Of a stretch of 64,000 nucleotides of DNA, positions 11,907 to 25,523 are shown one piece after another; position 1 is the first letter of the stretch; every line of letters starts with the position of its first letter. Under the pieces are notes generated by a model. That model worked only from the letters and a program-made list of their open reading frames with translations, did no database searches and was not told where the DNA came from. This stretch comes from Octopus vulgaris (lineage: Eukaryota): the NCBI GenBank assembly GCA_951406725.2, contig OX597815.1:151156001-151220000 (forward strand), written 5' to 3'. The translations under genes were made by a program, and so were the position numbers.

Positions 11907-14900
11907 CTAAATAACAACAAAAATAAGAACAATCAGACATGCAAATGGTTTGGTTTTGTTACTGATTTGGTGGGGGGAGGGGGTTAGCTCAGAGGAAAAG
12001 GGCAGATGGTCCCATGATTCATTTTTCTTTCTTCTTTTTCCATAGCCTTCCTATCACCCTGAAAGATGGGTAAAGTAAGATACAACACACTGAGTCGCCT
12101 ACAGATGAGAAAGAACTGGTATGAAATGTTTGCAAGAGAATGTGATGAGGTTACTAAAGGCAGGAAATAGTTAGGGGAAAGGTGTCAAACTATGGGATAG
12201 ATTAACTACACCACCCAAAAGGAGTAAGGGAGGGCTGCCATACATACCAAATGAAGGATCAACACCACCACCCCTAATAGATCAATTCCACTACCCCTAC
12301 GAGACCAAGTCTACCACCCATAATAGATCAAGTCTACCACCCCCAATAGACCACCTCCACACCCCTAATATATCAACTCCACCACCCCCGATAGATTGAC
12401 TCTACCACCCCTAATAGATCAATTCCACCACTCCTAATAGATCAACTCCACCACCCTTAATAGATCGACTCTACAATCCCTAATACATCGACTCCACCAC
12501 CTCCAATAGATCAACTCCACTATCCCTAATAGATCAATTCCACCACCCCTAATAGATCACCTCCACCACCCCTAATAGATCAACTCAACCACCCCTAATT
12601 CACCAACTCTGTTGAAGACACAGGTATGGTGAGTAGGTGACGTCACCTGGGTGGAGGATCATCAAGTTTGCAAGATCACACTATGACAAACTCTTCTCTG
12701 CTCCCAGTGATAGAGCAACCCCACAGAAGAAGTACAAGGACTCCCTAAAGAAATCCCTAGGTACCTACCACATCAATCACCACAAGTGGTCTGTTCTTGC
12801 TACTGATCACGAAGCTTGGCGTCTCATTGTCCGCTGGGTAAAGGTCTCCTTTGAAGACACTCATACGACCATCCTTGCAGACAAGAGAAAAAGGAAGAAT
12901 ACCAAGGAGACAGCAACCAACTCTGACTAGCCTATCTTCCCATATAATCCCTGCAGTTGTGCCTGTTTGTCCCAAACTGGACTTGTTGGACATCGGTAAG
13001 CTTGCAATAGACGTGGATATCTGACCTCCGTAAATCTTCACTCGCGAAGCCAAGCCAAGAAGTGTGTGTGTGTGTGTGTGTGTGCGCGCGATTGAAAAAA
13101 AACTTTCCTAATAAAATGTCAGAGTTATGTCCCTGGAAATATCAGCTGCCATCTTTTTGTAATTTGTTTTCACCGATTGTTACCGAGTTTGAAACTTCCT
13201 TGGGCTAAACAAGTGATAACATCTTACCCAACTTAATGTAATTCTTTATGTTCTTGTCCACCAAAAGTGTTGCTACCTCAATAAACCGAGGAAACTTCTA
13301 TATGGACGTTCAACAAGCTGAAAACAACAGTTAAATCTCCCTCAAAATTACACTCTACTGTCTTCGATATAAAAGGACATACCGTAAAATATTATCAAAA
13401 ATCTCCTAAAAAAGTTGGATGGTCACAGCTGCAATGCCTCTAATCATTACCAACTCAACCAGGGCCTAACAAAAACCTAAACAATAACAACAATATAACC
13501 CCAACAAATTAAATTGAATAATTAACACTTTTTAATATGAAAGAAAAACAAAACGACTATGAAAGATTTCTGTTGTAATATCACACCTGAAGCTTACCTG
13601 GCAAATAGGAGACTTGTAGCTGCTCGGAAGTATTTAGCTAACGACAGGTAGATGTGGGCAAAGCTAGCACAAAATCCACACCAGGGGGCATAATAAAGTA
13701 GCAGGACATCCTGGCAAAAGAGAACAATAGTGTTTTGGTAAATACAGAAATAAATTAAAATTTTTCAGATGATTAAGTCATGTCATCATAATTTATATTA
13801 ATGCTGCATATATTCTTTTCTACTCTAGGCACAAGGCCCGAAATTTTTAGGCAAGTGGCCAGTCGATTACACCAACATCACTATGCAACTTGTACTTAAT
13901 TTATCGACCCTGAAATGATGAAAGCAAAGTCGACCTCAGCAGAATTTGAACTCAGAACGTAAAGACAGACGAAATACCACTAAGCATTTCGCCCGGTATG
14001 TTCATGTGTCTGCCAGCTTGCCACCTTGTAATGCTGTATATATTATACACAATATCATATTAATATGATTCAACAATAGCCATATACATGTGCATCTTCA
14101 GGTGACCAGTGAAAGCATTGATGCATTGAAACAATTGTAGTGAATTGTAATAAGGCTTCTCCAACCCATCTTCTCGTATTAAAACTTCTTCGTTTAACCT
14201 CTACAGATTTTTGGATGTGACAAGAAGACTTACTACATGATAACATTTGGTAGCCAATGCCAGGAAAGAAGCTTTGAAAAACACACTATGTTACCCAGAG
14301 TGTGAATGTGTGTGTGTGTATGTGTGTCATAGTGGACTGTGTAGATACAGGTATGGCTATGTGGTACAGAATTTGCTTCCCAGCTACACAGTTTCAAATT
14401 CATTTCCACTGCATGGCACCTTGGGCAAGTGTCTTCCATTATAGCCCTGAACCAACCAAAGCCTTGCAAATGGATTTAGAAGATGGAAACTAAAAGAAGC
14501 CTGTCATGTGTGTGCATGTGCATGTGTGGGTGCATGTGTGGGTGCCTTTCCTCACCCCCAGACAGACAGCTCTGCTTAAGAAAACTGAAAGCAATGGTAT
14601 TTTACAACTTACCTTTGAAGTGTTTAGAACAATTTTGTGAAATGTGTGTGCAGTTACTTCTGTGATATACAGATATTTGTGTTCACTTTCAGCTAAGGGA
14701 TCAGGCGGAGGTTGGTGATCACAGTCTTCCGGGTTCAAACTGCAATTTAAACTACCGGCACGATCAACAGGAGCTGTCAACATCTCCCTTTCTAAATGAC
14801 CTTCAGTATAATTCAGAACAAACTCAGCTGAAAAAGAAGTAAATGAACAGTTTAGAGTGACCAACACATAGTTCATCATCATCATCATCATTATTTAGTG

Positions 14901-17900
14901 TTTGTTTTCCATGCTGGCATGGGTTGGACCATTTGGCAGGAGCTAGCAAGCCAGAGAGCAGTACCAGGCACCAGTTTGTTTGTTTTTGGCATGGTTTCTA
15001 TGGATGGATGCCCTTCCTAGTGCCAACCACTTTACAGAGTGTACTGCATGCTTTTCACATGACACAAGTACCGATGCTTGGGTGCTTTTCACAAGGCACC
15101 AGTACACGTGCCCTTTACGTTGCACCAGCATGGGTGCCCCTTAGATGGCACCAGCACGAGTGCTTTGTACATAGCACCAGCAAGGCAGACTTTTTTCTGG
15201 CACCATCATGGGTGCATTTACATAACCCTAGCACAGGTGATTTTTATGTGGCACCAGCACTCATGAGCTCACAAGACAAAGACCTCTCAGCTAAGGTGTA
15301 AAATGTTCATCAAAATGGTGGTGCCCTAGCATGGCCACAACCTCTGGTTGAAGCAAAAGTGAAACTACATTCTTGCTGATTACATTAACTGTTTAATCCA
15401 GGACCGAACAAAAAATAAATGTTTACTCCATTATATTTTCACTGGATTCAGTCATTAGTATTGGATGTGATCATGCTACAGCACAACTGCTAGACTTCCA
15501 TAAACAACCTTGCGCAGACTTGTGCCTCGGAGGGTAACTTTGTAGGAGCAATCCTATGGTCATTCATGACCAAATAGGGTCTTTACCCATTTTTGTACCC
15601 TTTTAGAGCACTGCTCTGAAGGGTTTTTAGTCAAGTGCCTTCTACTACAGTCCCAGATACTACTGGGACTAAGCCCAAAACCATGTGGTTGGGAAGCAAA
15701 CATCTTAACAACATCTTCATCATCATCATTGTTTAACATCTGCCTTCCATGCTAGCATGGGTGAGATGGTACCTCAAGAGCCAGCCAGGCCGAAGCCTGC
15801 ACCAGACTTCTTTGTTTTGGCAGGAATTTTACAGATGGATGCCCTTCCTAACACCAACCATTCAGCAGAGAGAACTTAGTGCTTTTTATGTGGCACAGGC
15901 ATAAGCAAGGTCAGTTTTGGTGAGGTTTTTACAGCTGGATGCCCTTCCGAACACCAGCCACTTTACAGTGTGGACTGGGTGTTTTTAAGTGGCACCTGCA
16001 CTGACAGTGTCACCAAGTACTTGCAAGACATAAAAACAAAAACACATTTTAAGAGGGGAGGAGGCATTGGAGGAGGTGATGATGGAAAAGTAATGGTGAG
16101 ACAGATACAGGTGACTTGCTGTAGTACCCGGCCGGAGAGAGAAAGATCAGGAATGAAGACATAAACAGGGGGGCTGCTGCAAGGAAAATACAGTTGCCCC
16201 ACCTGAGGGAAGTGCAGGAGAAGGAGAGAGAGTGGGAAGCAGCAGGATTCCTATTAAACAACTCAAAAAACACTTACCAACTGAGGTTTTAGAGAATGGC
16301 TTCTTAAGGACATAATTTTTTTCATCCTGCAGAAAAAGAAACAAAAATTTTTAGAAGGGCATTGTAGTTCACTTGAAGCATTGTTGTATAGAAGTAGAAT
16401 GAATGAATGAAATGAGAAAAAAGGAAGGCTTTTAACAATGCAGGAAGTTTTTTAAAACTTTTATATTTTGGGTGCAAAGGCCTAGCTTCAGATGAGACAG
16501 CCAGATGGACAGTGACCATTTGGCCATCCAAAATAGCAGGATCTATGTAAATACACATTTCTTTAAGTGTATTTTTCTGAAGATAGGCCTTTGCATCTGA
16601 AATATATATAAACTTAAGTGCAAAAGAGAAACGCTAATAAAAAACATTTTAAATAATTTTTTAAAGAATAATTAGCTTTTTCTCCCATGCATGTTTGTCT
16701 TTTTAAAATGAATTAAACAAAAAGGATTTGAAATTCTTACACTGATATTTCAGTGTTATTATGAAAGAGTATTATTTAGCCAATGTGCCATGTCAAATTG
16801 AGGATGTAAGTAATCCACTACAACATAGCTTTATTAGTGTGAGTCGGAGGCTTATCAGCTATAGCATGGCTAATGTTACAACAATAACAGAAAAATCAGG
16901 GATCATGGAGGCAAAGTGACTGAGTTCCTTTCGAGTGTTGGACCTCACAGAAGCAATGACCGAGACCTTTAGCATTATGTTGTACTTGAGAAGAAGACCC
17001 ATCAAGTCGAACAAAATCACAGTTGTAGCAGATACCGGTGTCACGCAAATTGGTACCCATGCTGATAGCCCGAAAAAGTACCTTGGTGTCACGCAAATGG
17101 CACCCATGCCGGTGGCACATAAAAGCACCCATTATACTCTTGGAGTGGTTGGTGTTAGGAGGAGCATTCAGCCACAGAAAACTATGCCAAATCAGACTGG
17201 AGCCTGGTGCAGCTTTCCAGCATGCCAGTTCAGTCAAACCGTCCTACCCATGCCAGTATGGACAACAGGCGTTAAATGATGATGAAGATTTCAATTCTCC
17301 AGAAGGAAGTCAAAGAAGCAGTGCACATGCTCAAAGGTAGGAAATCCCAAAGAGTGGATAACATACCATCCAAGCTTCTGAAATATGGAAGGCCAAAGCT
17401 ACTCAAGGCACTAACAGTTAACTGTGAGAAGACATAGGAGACAAAACAGTGGACAAAGGAGTGGACCTGATCACTGACGATACCCATTCCTGATAAATGG
17501 TAATTTAAGACTCTGCCAGAATCACAGAACAATCAGCCTAATTATCCATTCCATCAAAGTATTGTTAAGAGTTCTACTAAATAGACTTACGGGGACGGCA
17601 GAAGAAATTCTTGCAGAAGAACAGGTAGGCTTTATGCCTCAAAGAAGTACTTATCATCAACATCATCATCATTTAACATCCGTTTTCCATGCTAGCATGG
17701 GTTGGACAGTTCGACTAGGATCTGGGAAGCCAGGAGGCTGCACTAGGCCCCAGTCTGATCTGGCAGTGTTTCTACAGCTGGATGCCCTTCCTAATGCCAA
17801 CCACTCCGAGAGTGTAGTGGGGGCTTTTTACGTGCCACAAGCACAGGGGTCAGAGGAGGCTGGCAACAGCCACAATCAGTTGGTGCTTTTTACGTGCCAC

Positions 17901-19046
17901 TGGCACAGAAGCCAGTCAAGGCAGTGCTGGCATCGGCCACATTCAGATGGTGCTTTCTACATGCCACCGGCATGGGTATCACAACTACAATTTCCATTTG
18001 ATTTTTATTTTACTGTGAAACAGATATTTAACATTAGACCAGTGGCAATAACTGACTATGACAGCATCTAAAATTGTACCCTAATGTCTGTCTGTATTGG
18101 ATAAACTATAATATAGAAAGAATGTGGCCCAGTGGTTAAGGTGCAAGGGTCATTTTCATGAGGTCATGATTTCAATTCCTGTATCGGGCAGTACATTATT
18201 TCCTTAAGCAAGGAGAGCTAATCAATATTGAACTAAAGATCTATATTATAGGTAAGCAGTATTGAACTATAAGTTTATCTTATTGCTAACCAGTATTGAA
18301 CTATAAGTCAATCTTATTGCTGATCAATAGAGTACTGAATAATCATCATCATCATCATCATCGTTTAACGTCCGTTTTCCGCGCTAGCACGGGTTGGACG
18401 GTTTCGACCGGGGTCTGGGGAGCTCGGGACTGCCCCAGGCTCCAGTCTAGTCTGGCAGTGTTTCTACAGCTGGATGCCCTTCCTAACGCCAACCACTCCG
18501 CGAGTGTAGTGGGTGTTTTTACGTGCCACCTGCACAGGTGCCAGAGGGGTCTGGCATCGGCCACGTTCGGATGGTGCTTTTTATGGGGGGGGGGGTGCAG
18601 AAATATAGGGGAGCACCAGTAGATTTACATTATAGCGTATCAGTAGAATATTGATCTGTATTATTGCTGATCCATATTGAACTATAGATCTATATTATTG
18701 CTAACCTCATCAGTGTAGTAGTGAACTATATCAATATTCTGTTTAAAAGAGACGCTGGGACAAAAAGACCTTCCTGACAGATTTAGAAAAAAGTAAACAA
18801 ACAGTAGGAGTGGCTGTGTGGTAAGTAGCTTGCTTACCAACCACATGGTTCCGGGTTCAGTCCCAGTTCATTTCTTTTTCTAATCATTTCTAATCCAGCG
18901 GAGCATAACTGGCTTCCACACAGTTGCAATCTACCAACTTCAGCCATAAGGCCACAAGGCATTGGTCAACCCAGAGCTCTAGTAGAAGATACTTGCCTAA
19001 GATGTCAAAACTACATGGCTGCAAGGCAAGCTTTTTAACTACACAG

Positions 19047-19086
<40 letters not shown>

Positions 19087-22000
19087 GTGCGTGTGTGCGT
19101 GTGTGCGTGTGTGTGTGTGAGAGAGAGAGAGAGTGAGTTTCTTATATATATGTATACATATGAGTTTCCACAGACAGCTTGCTTAAAACTCCTCTCTTAC
19201 TGATGGGAGGGAGGGTATGATAAATAAAAGGGATCTGAGGAACAAGTTCAGTAGACCTCTTATCACACAAAAATCTCATCACTGTACTCCTTACTGACTC
19301 TCACTTGCTAACGGCCATCACAAGTTATTTATCTATTCTTAGGTTTCTTAGCAACCATCAGATTACAGAGCACTCGAAATCGAAATCAAATTTGATGACT
19401 GGCATCCGTGCTAGTGGTGCGCTAGAGCACCATCCGAGCGTGATTGTTGCCCGAGCAGCTGACTGGCTTCCATGCCGATGACATGTAAAAAGCACCATTC
19501 AAGCATGATCTTTACCTTACTGGCACCATTCAAGCATGATCGTTACCTTACTGGCACTTGTGCCGGTGGAACATGAAAAAACGAAAAAACATTTGAGCAA
19601 GGTCGTTGCCAGTGCCGCTGGACTGGCTCTTGTATAGGTGGCACGTAAAAAACACCACTTGAGCGTGGCTGTTGCCAGTACTGCCTGACTGGCCCTCATG
19701 ACGGTAGCATGTAAAAGCACCCACTACACCCGTGGAGTGGTTGGTGTTAGGAAGGGCATCCAGCTGTAGAAACTCTGCCAGATCAGATTGGAGCCTGGTG
19801 CAGCCATCTGGTTCGCCAGTTCTCAGTCAAATTGTTCAACCCATGCTAGCATAGAAAGCAGACGTTAAACAATGATGATGATGAGAACCCTGTCAAAGGC
19901 CTTTTCCAGATTGACAAATGCTAGGTATAACTCTTTAGCAGCCATATCTGTCTAAAATACTCTACCTGTTTTATGCTCAAACCAGCCAGCTCTGGCCTCT
20001 CGCGACCCTCCTAAAATGTCATTCTAAAAATAAACAGTCATATCATTGAAATCTCAAAGCTACAAAACAATGCTGATTAATGCAAATGAATGTAAATAGA
20101 TAAGCATTACATCAGACAGAGTAATCTGAATGCTAAAGGATTAAAGCTGAATTGCATCTCAAGAGACTCCAGTCTTCATGGTTGATTAGCTGCACACAAC
20201 AGATCCCGTTTATTTTTCATGGTTGATTAAAGTCACAAGTTTCATTCCTACTTCACTGTTGATTTGATATACACCACTACAGGTACTATTTCTATTTCAT
20301 AGTTCATTAAATACACAACAGGTTCTATTTATGTTTCATGGTTAATTAAATTCACACAACAGGTTTTACTTATTTTTTATGATTGATGACATTCGAGCGA
20401 GGTCATTTCTAGTGCCGCTGGACTGGCTCCTGTGCAGGTGTCATGTAAAAAACACCATTTGAGCGTGGTCGTTGCCAGTACTGCCTGACTGGCCCTCGTG
20501 CCAATGGCACGCAAAAGCACCCACTACACTCAGAGTGATTGGCATTAGGAAGGACATCCGGCTGTAGAAACTCTGCCAGATCAGATTGGAGCCTGGTGCA
20601 GCCATCTGGCTCTCCAGATCTCAGTCCAAACATCAGCTTAACTCTTTAGAATTTAAACCAGCCATCAGGCCCAAACATTCTAATGGTTTTCTGTTCAAAC
20701 TAGTTACATCTAGCCCCTCACACCTACCCTACAATGTTACTAAAAAACTAAACAATCACATCATCAAAATTTCAAAGCTAAAAGATAATACATAATTAAT
20801 TCAATACAATGCAAATCAATAAGTATTACATTTGACAGAGTAATCTGAATGCTAAAGAATTAACAATGTGAAAACTAGTTATTTTAATGAAATTCCCAAA
20901 AAATTTTTGATTATTTCCTATATCAATTGAAACACAGGCTGTGTATTTGGTTAGCAATGTGGTAATGAAAGGCTTAAATAAAATAAAAGAATAAGGTAGA
21001 AAAACAAAAATGATGATAAAACTCTGGTAACAGAGACAGTATCTTCTTACCGCCATGTCCACCATCACAACTGCTGGTTGGTCAATTTCTAGTAGTTTTG
21101 TGCTATTCAGACCAAACCGGTCAGCAAACATCCAATGGTTTGTAAGATCCATAGCATAGAAATGGACAGTCTTGTTGGTCCGGCATGACAAACCAGAAAA
21201 ATTCTTAACAAGAGTTAATGACAAAACATTAAAATTGGTGTCAATAGGAACACCCTGTACAAATTGTAAATTATAATGATCACATAATTGTTGCGTCCGA
21301 TTCTTTAAGACTTGTATGATGAAAGGATCTTGTAGTGTGTTATCTACAGAACTGTTAGAAGGATCTTTAGAGGAGGGAGTCTTGTTAGCTGTTTTGGAAG
21401 AATAAGAAACGTTAGAAGAATCAGAGGAAGAGGAAGGAGTTGGAGGAACAGGAAAAGAGAATGAAGAGGAAGAAAAAGGTTTGGAAGAATTAGTTGTGAG
21501 TTTATGCATTTTATGACAGCAGACCGATTTGTACTGAGTGGGAATGTAATTTGGAGAAAATTGAAGGCACTTGTTTTGCAAAGTACTGTAAATACGGTCT
21601 TCATTGAATTTGTAAGTTGATCCCTTGGGACAGTTGCATGGTAAATGACAACTTCTGGCCGACTTCACACTGTTGTAGCAGACTTCGCACACATTGCGAT
21701 AAAGATGTCCCTCCAATAAATGTTTCTGTAACACACTCACACAGCACTGGCAGACGAGCAAAGATGAAGATGCTGGGAAATACTTGCTGCTGACAAGATA
21801 GGTAAATGGGAGACTTTTAGGAAGTTGCTGCTCTGCTTTCTGTGAAGCAACACGTTTAGCATGGCTAGGGAAACCTTCCCGCTGTTGCTCTTTGCTACAC
21901 TTTGTAAGTTCTTGCAGTTTCTTCATAGAAGAAAGACGGTGAGTTAAACTGTACAACAGGTTTTCATTACTGATTTCATCCATTTCACATTTAGTATATT

Positions 22001-25000
22001 CTAATGCAATTTCTCGCAACTGTTAAAACGAAAATAAAAAAGATTTTTTTAATATTTTAATCTGACACAGAATGACAAAAGCATTTATATATATATAATA
22101 CATATGTGAGTACATGGATGCTACATGCATGTGTAGGTACAATTTTTTAGAAAGTAACTTCAACTGAAAGCACCTATAAAACACAATTTCAGTTAAGCAT
22201 TTATTATTTGTTATTATTCAGCCCCTGGTAAGCTCTGATCTAGAAGACTGAAGACCAAAGATATTCCAGCTATGACCATCCCTTCTGGTGAAAATTTATT
22301 CACTATGTTCTTCTAGTTTAAGGCTGGTAAAGTGTAATTGGCAGAAGATTTGGCTGCTATTTCAAGCAAGTGAAGCAACCACATGTTTGTCTCAGTTATT
22401 ATGTTTTACCACCAGATAACATACATAATCAACTTGCTCCAGCTGGTCTGACAGACAAACTATATACAGAAAATCTTCATTATACCAGTTAATTTGTTCC
22501 TGGAGACCGCTCGTAAAGCAAAAACTCGTAAAGTAGCAATGTTATAAATCGTAATTCGTTCCCAGAAAAATATTTTACCTATAAAATTTATAATACTCGT
22601 AAATAAATGAAAATAAAAGAACAGTAGAATGTTAAGAATATTTTATGTAAAGTAAAAAGAATGTCAAGATGATTTATAATAAAAAATATTATTATAATCA
22701 TTTCCTGAATCACTTTCACTCACACTAGACTCACACACACCATCACTTCTAAATCTGATAGCCAATTCACAAGCACTCGTAGACAGACTTGTAGATTTCA
22801 TCATCGTCATCATCATCATTTAACATCCGTTTTCTATGCTGGCATTGGTTGGATGGTTTGACTGGAGTCTGGGAAGCCACGAGGCTGCACCAGGCTCCAA
22901 TCAGATCTGGCAGTGTTTCTACAGATGGATGCCCTTCCTAATGTCAACCACCCTGAGAGTGTAGTGGACGCTTTTTACGTGCCAGCGGCACAGGTGCCAG
23001 GGTAGGCTGGCAACGGCCACAATCAGTCAGTGCTTTTTACGTGTCACCGGCATGGAAGCCAGTCAAGGTAGCGCTGGCACAAAATATTGATTAGTTACCT
23101 GGTTAGATTTGAAGAAGTGTTATTGAACCAATGCATGTGTTATTTTACTGGCACTCCATTGATTACGACAACGAGAGTTCCAGTTGATCTGATCAACAAA
23201 GAAGCCTGCTTGTGAAATTAAGGAGCAAGTGGTTGAGCACTCAACAGACACATGTAACCTTAATGTAGTTTCTCAGGGAATGTGACAAGGCTGGCCTTTT
23301 GAATTACAAGTACATCTCATTTTTGCCAGCTGAGTGGACTTGAGTAATGTGGAACAAAGTGTCTTGCTCAAAAACACAATGTGTCACTGGGAATCGAACT
23401 CACAACTTTACAATTGTAAGTAGAATACCCTAACCACTAAACTACGCATGTCATTATTGGCTTACTGACCCTCCCAAAAACACAAGATTTGTTTCAACAG
23501 ACAAATTCACAGCTGGAATCTTGCAAACAAAATACAAAAATGAAGTGAAATAAATCTTACCATGTGGTAATTGTGATTTACATGAAATAAAGGATAATGG
23601 TTAGAGAACATAATTAAGGTGGGACCCTTTGCAATTTCATTAGACAGCTGAAGACTCTTCGTTCCTGAGGGATTCAATATTTGGACAAGAGGCTGCAAAA
23701 TAAATAAGAAAAATACAATAAGGAAAAGAAAATAAATTAGTGTTTTCTCAAGTTCCTTAACCCTTTTGATACCAACCCACCTTAGACTGCCCCTAGTTCT
23801 AGGATATGAATTTCCTGTTTTAAACTGATCTAAACAAAAAAAAACTTCCATTAAAATTTCATGTTATGTTCCAGACATAATTCTTTCAAGTAATTTTGAC
23901 GGGGATGGGGGGTGAGTCATTTATATCAAGAACATAATTAAGGAGGGACCCTTTGCTATTTCATTAGACAGCTGAAGACTCTTTGTTCCAGAGGGATCCA
24001 ATATTTGGACAAGAGGCTGCAAAATAAATTTAAAATTTTTTCTCAAGTTCCTTGACCCTTTTGATACCAACCCACCTCAGATGGCCCCAGGCTCCATGAT
24101 ACGAATTTTAAACTGATCTAAACAAAAAAATCTTCCATTAAAATTTCATGTTATGTTACAAACAGAAGGTTAATAATTCTTTCTAATTTACACAAAAGGC
24201 CAGTAATTTTGAAGGGAGGGGAAGTCGTTCATATCAGCTCTAGAGCTAAACTGGAACTTATTTTATCAATCCTGGAACTGATGAAAGGCAAAGTCAACCC
24301 AAGCAGAATCTGAACTCAGAATTTCAAGAGAAAGGAGAAATGCAGCTATCCATTTTGTCCAGCTTGGTAATGGCTTTGCTAGCTTGCTGCCTTTAAAAAA
24401 ACACCAGATTAATAATGACAAAGTTCATCATCATCGTTGTTTAACGTCCGCTTTCCATTCTGACATGGGTTAGATGGTTTGACTGAGGGCTGGCAAGCCA
24501 GAGGGCTGCACCAGGCTCCAATCCAATCTGGCAAAGTTTCTACAGCTGGATGCCCTTCCTAATGCCAACCACTCCGAGAATGTAGTGGGAGCCTTTTACA
24601 TGCCACCAGCACGGGACCAGTCAAGCAGGCCTGGTATCAAACACGCTCGAATGGTGCTTTTTATGTGCCACTGGCATCGGAGCCAGTCAAGTGGCACTGA
24701 CAATGATCACGTTCGAATGGTGCGATTAATATAAATTCCTTCTGAGTTTCCAACTAATAGAAATGAATACACTAATTACCAATAGAGATACAACAAAAAA
24801 AGAAGTCTGGGTTAAAGAAACAACACTAAAGGAAAAGAATCCACATACACTCATAGATGTCTTACCTTCCTTGCACTTGGGCATTTTAAACTTAGTGGAG
24901 CCCATCCCTCTCCTTGCCTGTCCACAGTCAATTTGTTTCCAAGAAAGACAGGTGGGGCAGAGGAGAGAGGGAGGACGAGGAGAGGAATAGAGAGGAGAAG

Positions 25001-25479
25001 AAGAAAGCGGGAGGAGGATCGACATTTGGCGATTCCATTTTATCACTGAAACTACAATGTAATGTCGCCTCAGTCTTTACAAAATAATCAGATAAAATTT
25101 ATATTATGGGGAAGTAGGACACTTGGAGGTAGACTAAGTTAAAAACTCAACAATTGGCAGAGACGACAGGGATAGAAATCTTATTGAAAGAGTAGATGGT
25201 TACGAAAGATAACTCTAGTACGACTTTTCAACATAAGTTATTTCCCTTACATCACAGTGTGCCCTTCATGAAGGAATTTTCACTACACGACATATTTTGG
25301 TGATGTTGGGTTAAAAAAAAAAAGAAAAAGGTAATTCGATTTCATGAAAGACAACAACGACTCTGAATCAAATCCCCGAAGGATGAAAAGGGATACCATA
25401 ACGATTCTAGATCACCCCTCTAAAATATGTACAAGCCACATTAGTGACCAAACTACATTACACAGGTACACACACCTAC

Positions 25480-25523
<44 letters not shown>

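Noticed and set aside
17562-18071. 169-aa ORF beginning with RT-like sequence
   Set aside because: It is a chimera of a decayed RTE fragment and an inserted family A element, not a functional gene.
20826-21050. Hydrophobic C-terminal tail of the 397-aa ORF (apparent TM helix)
   Set aside because: It lies beyond the GCG|gtaaga donor at 21051/21050; this is intron read-through, and homology resumes in exon 10.
24866-24917. 52-nt cryptic exon-like segment on the minus strand with a strong AAG|gtaaga donor
   Set aside because: It is frame-shifting with no TXNDC11 homology, and the AG is distant from the pyrimidine tract. It cannot be supported without RNA data.
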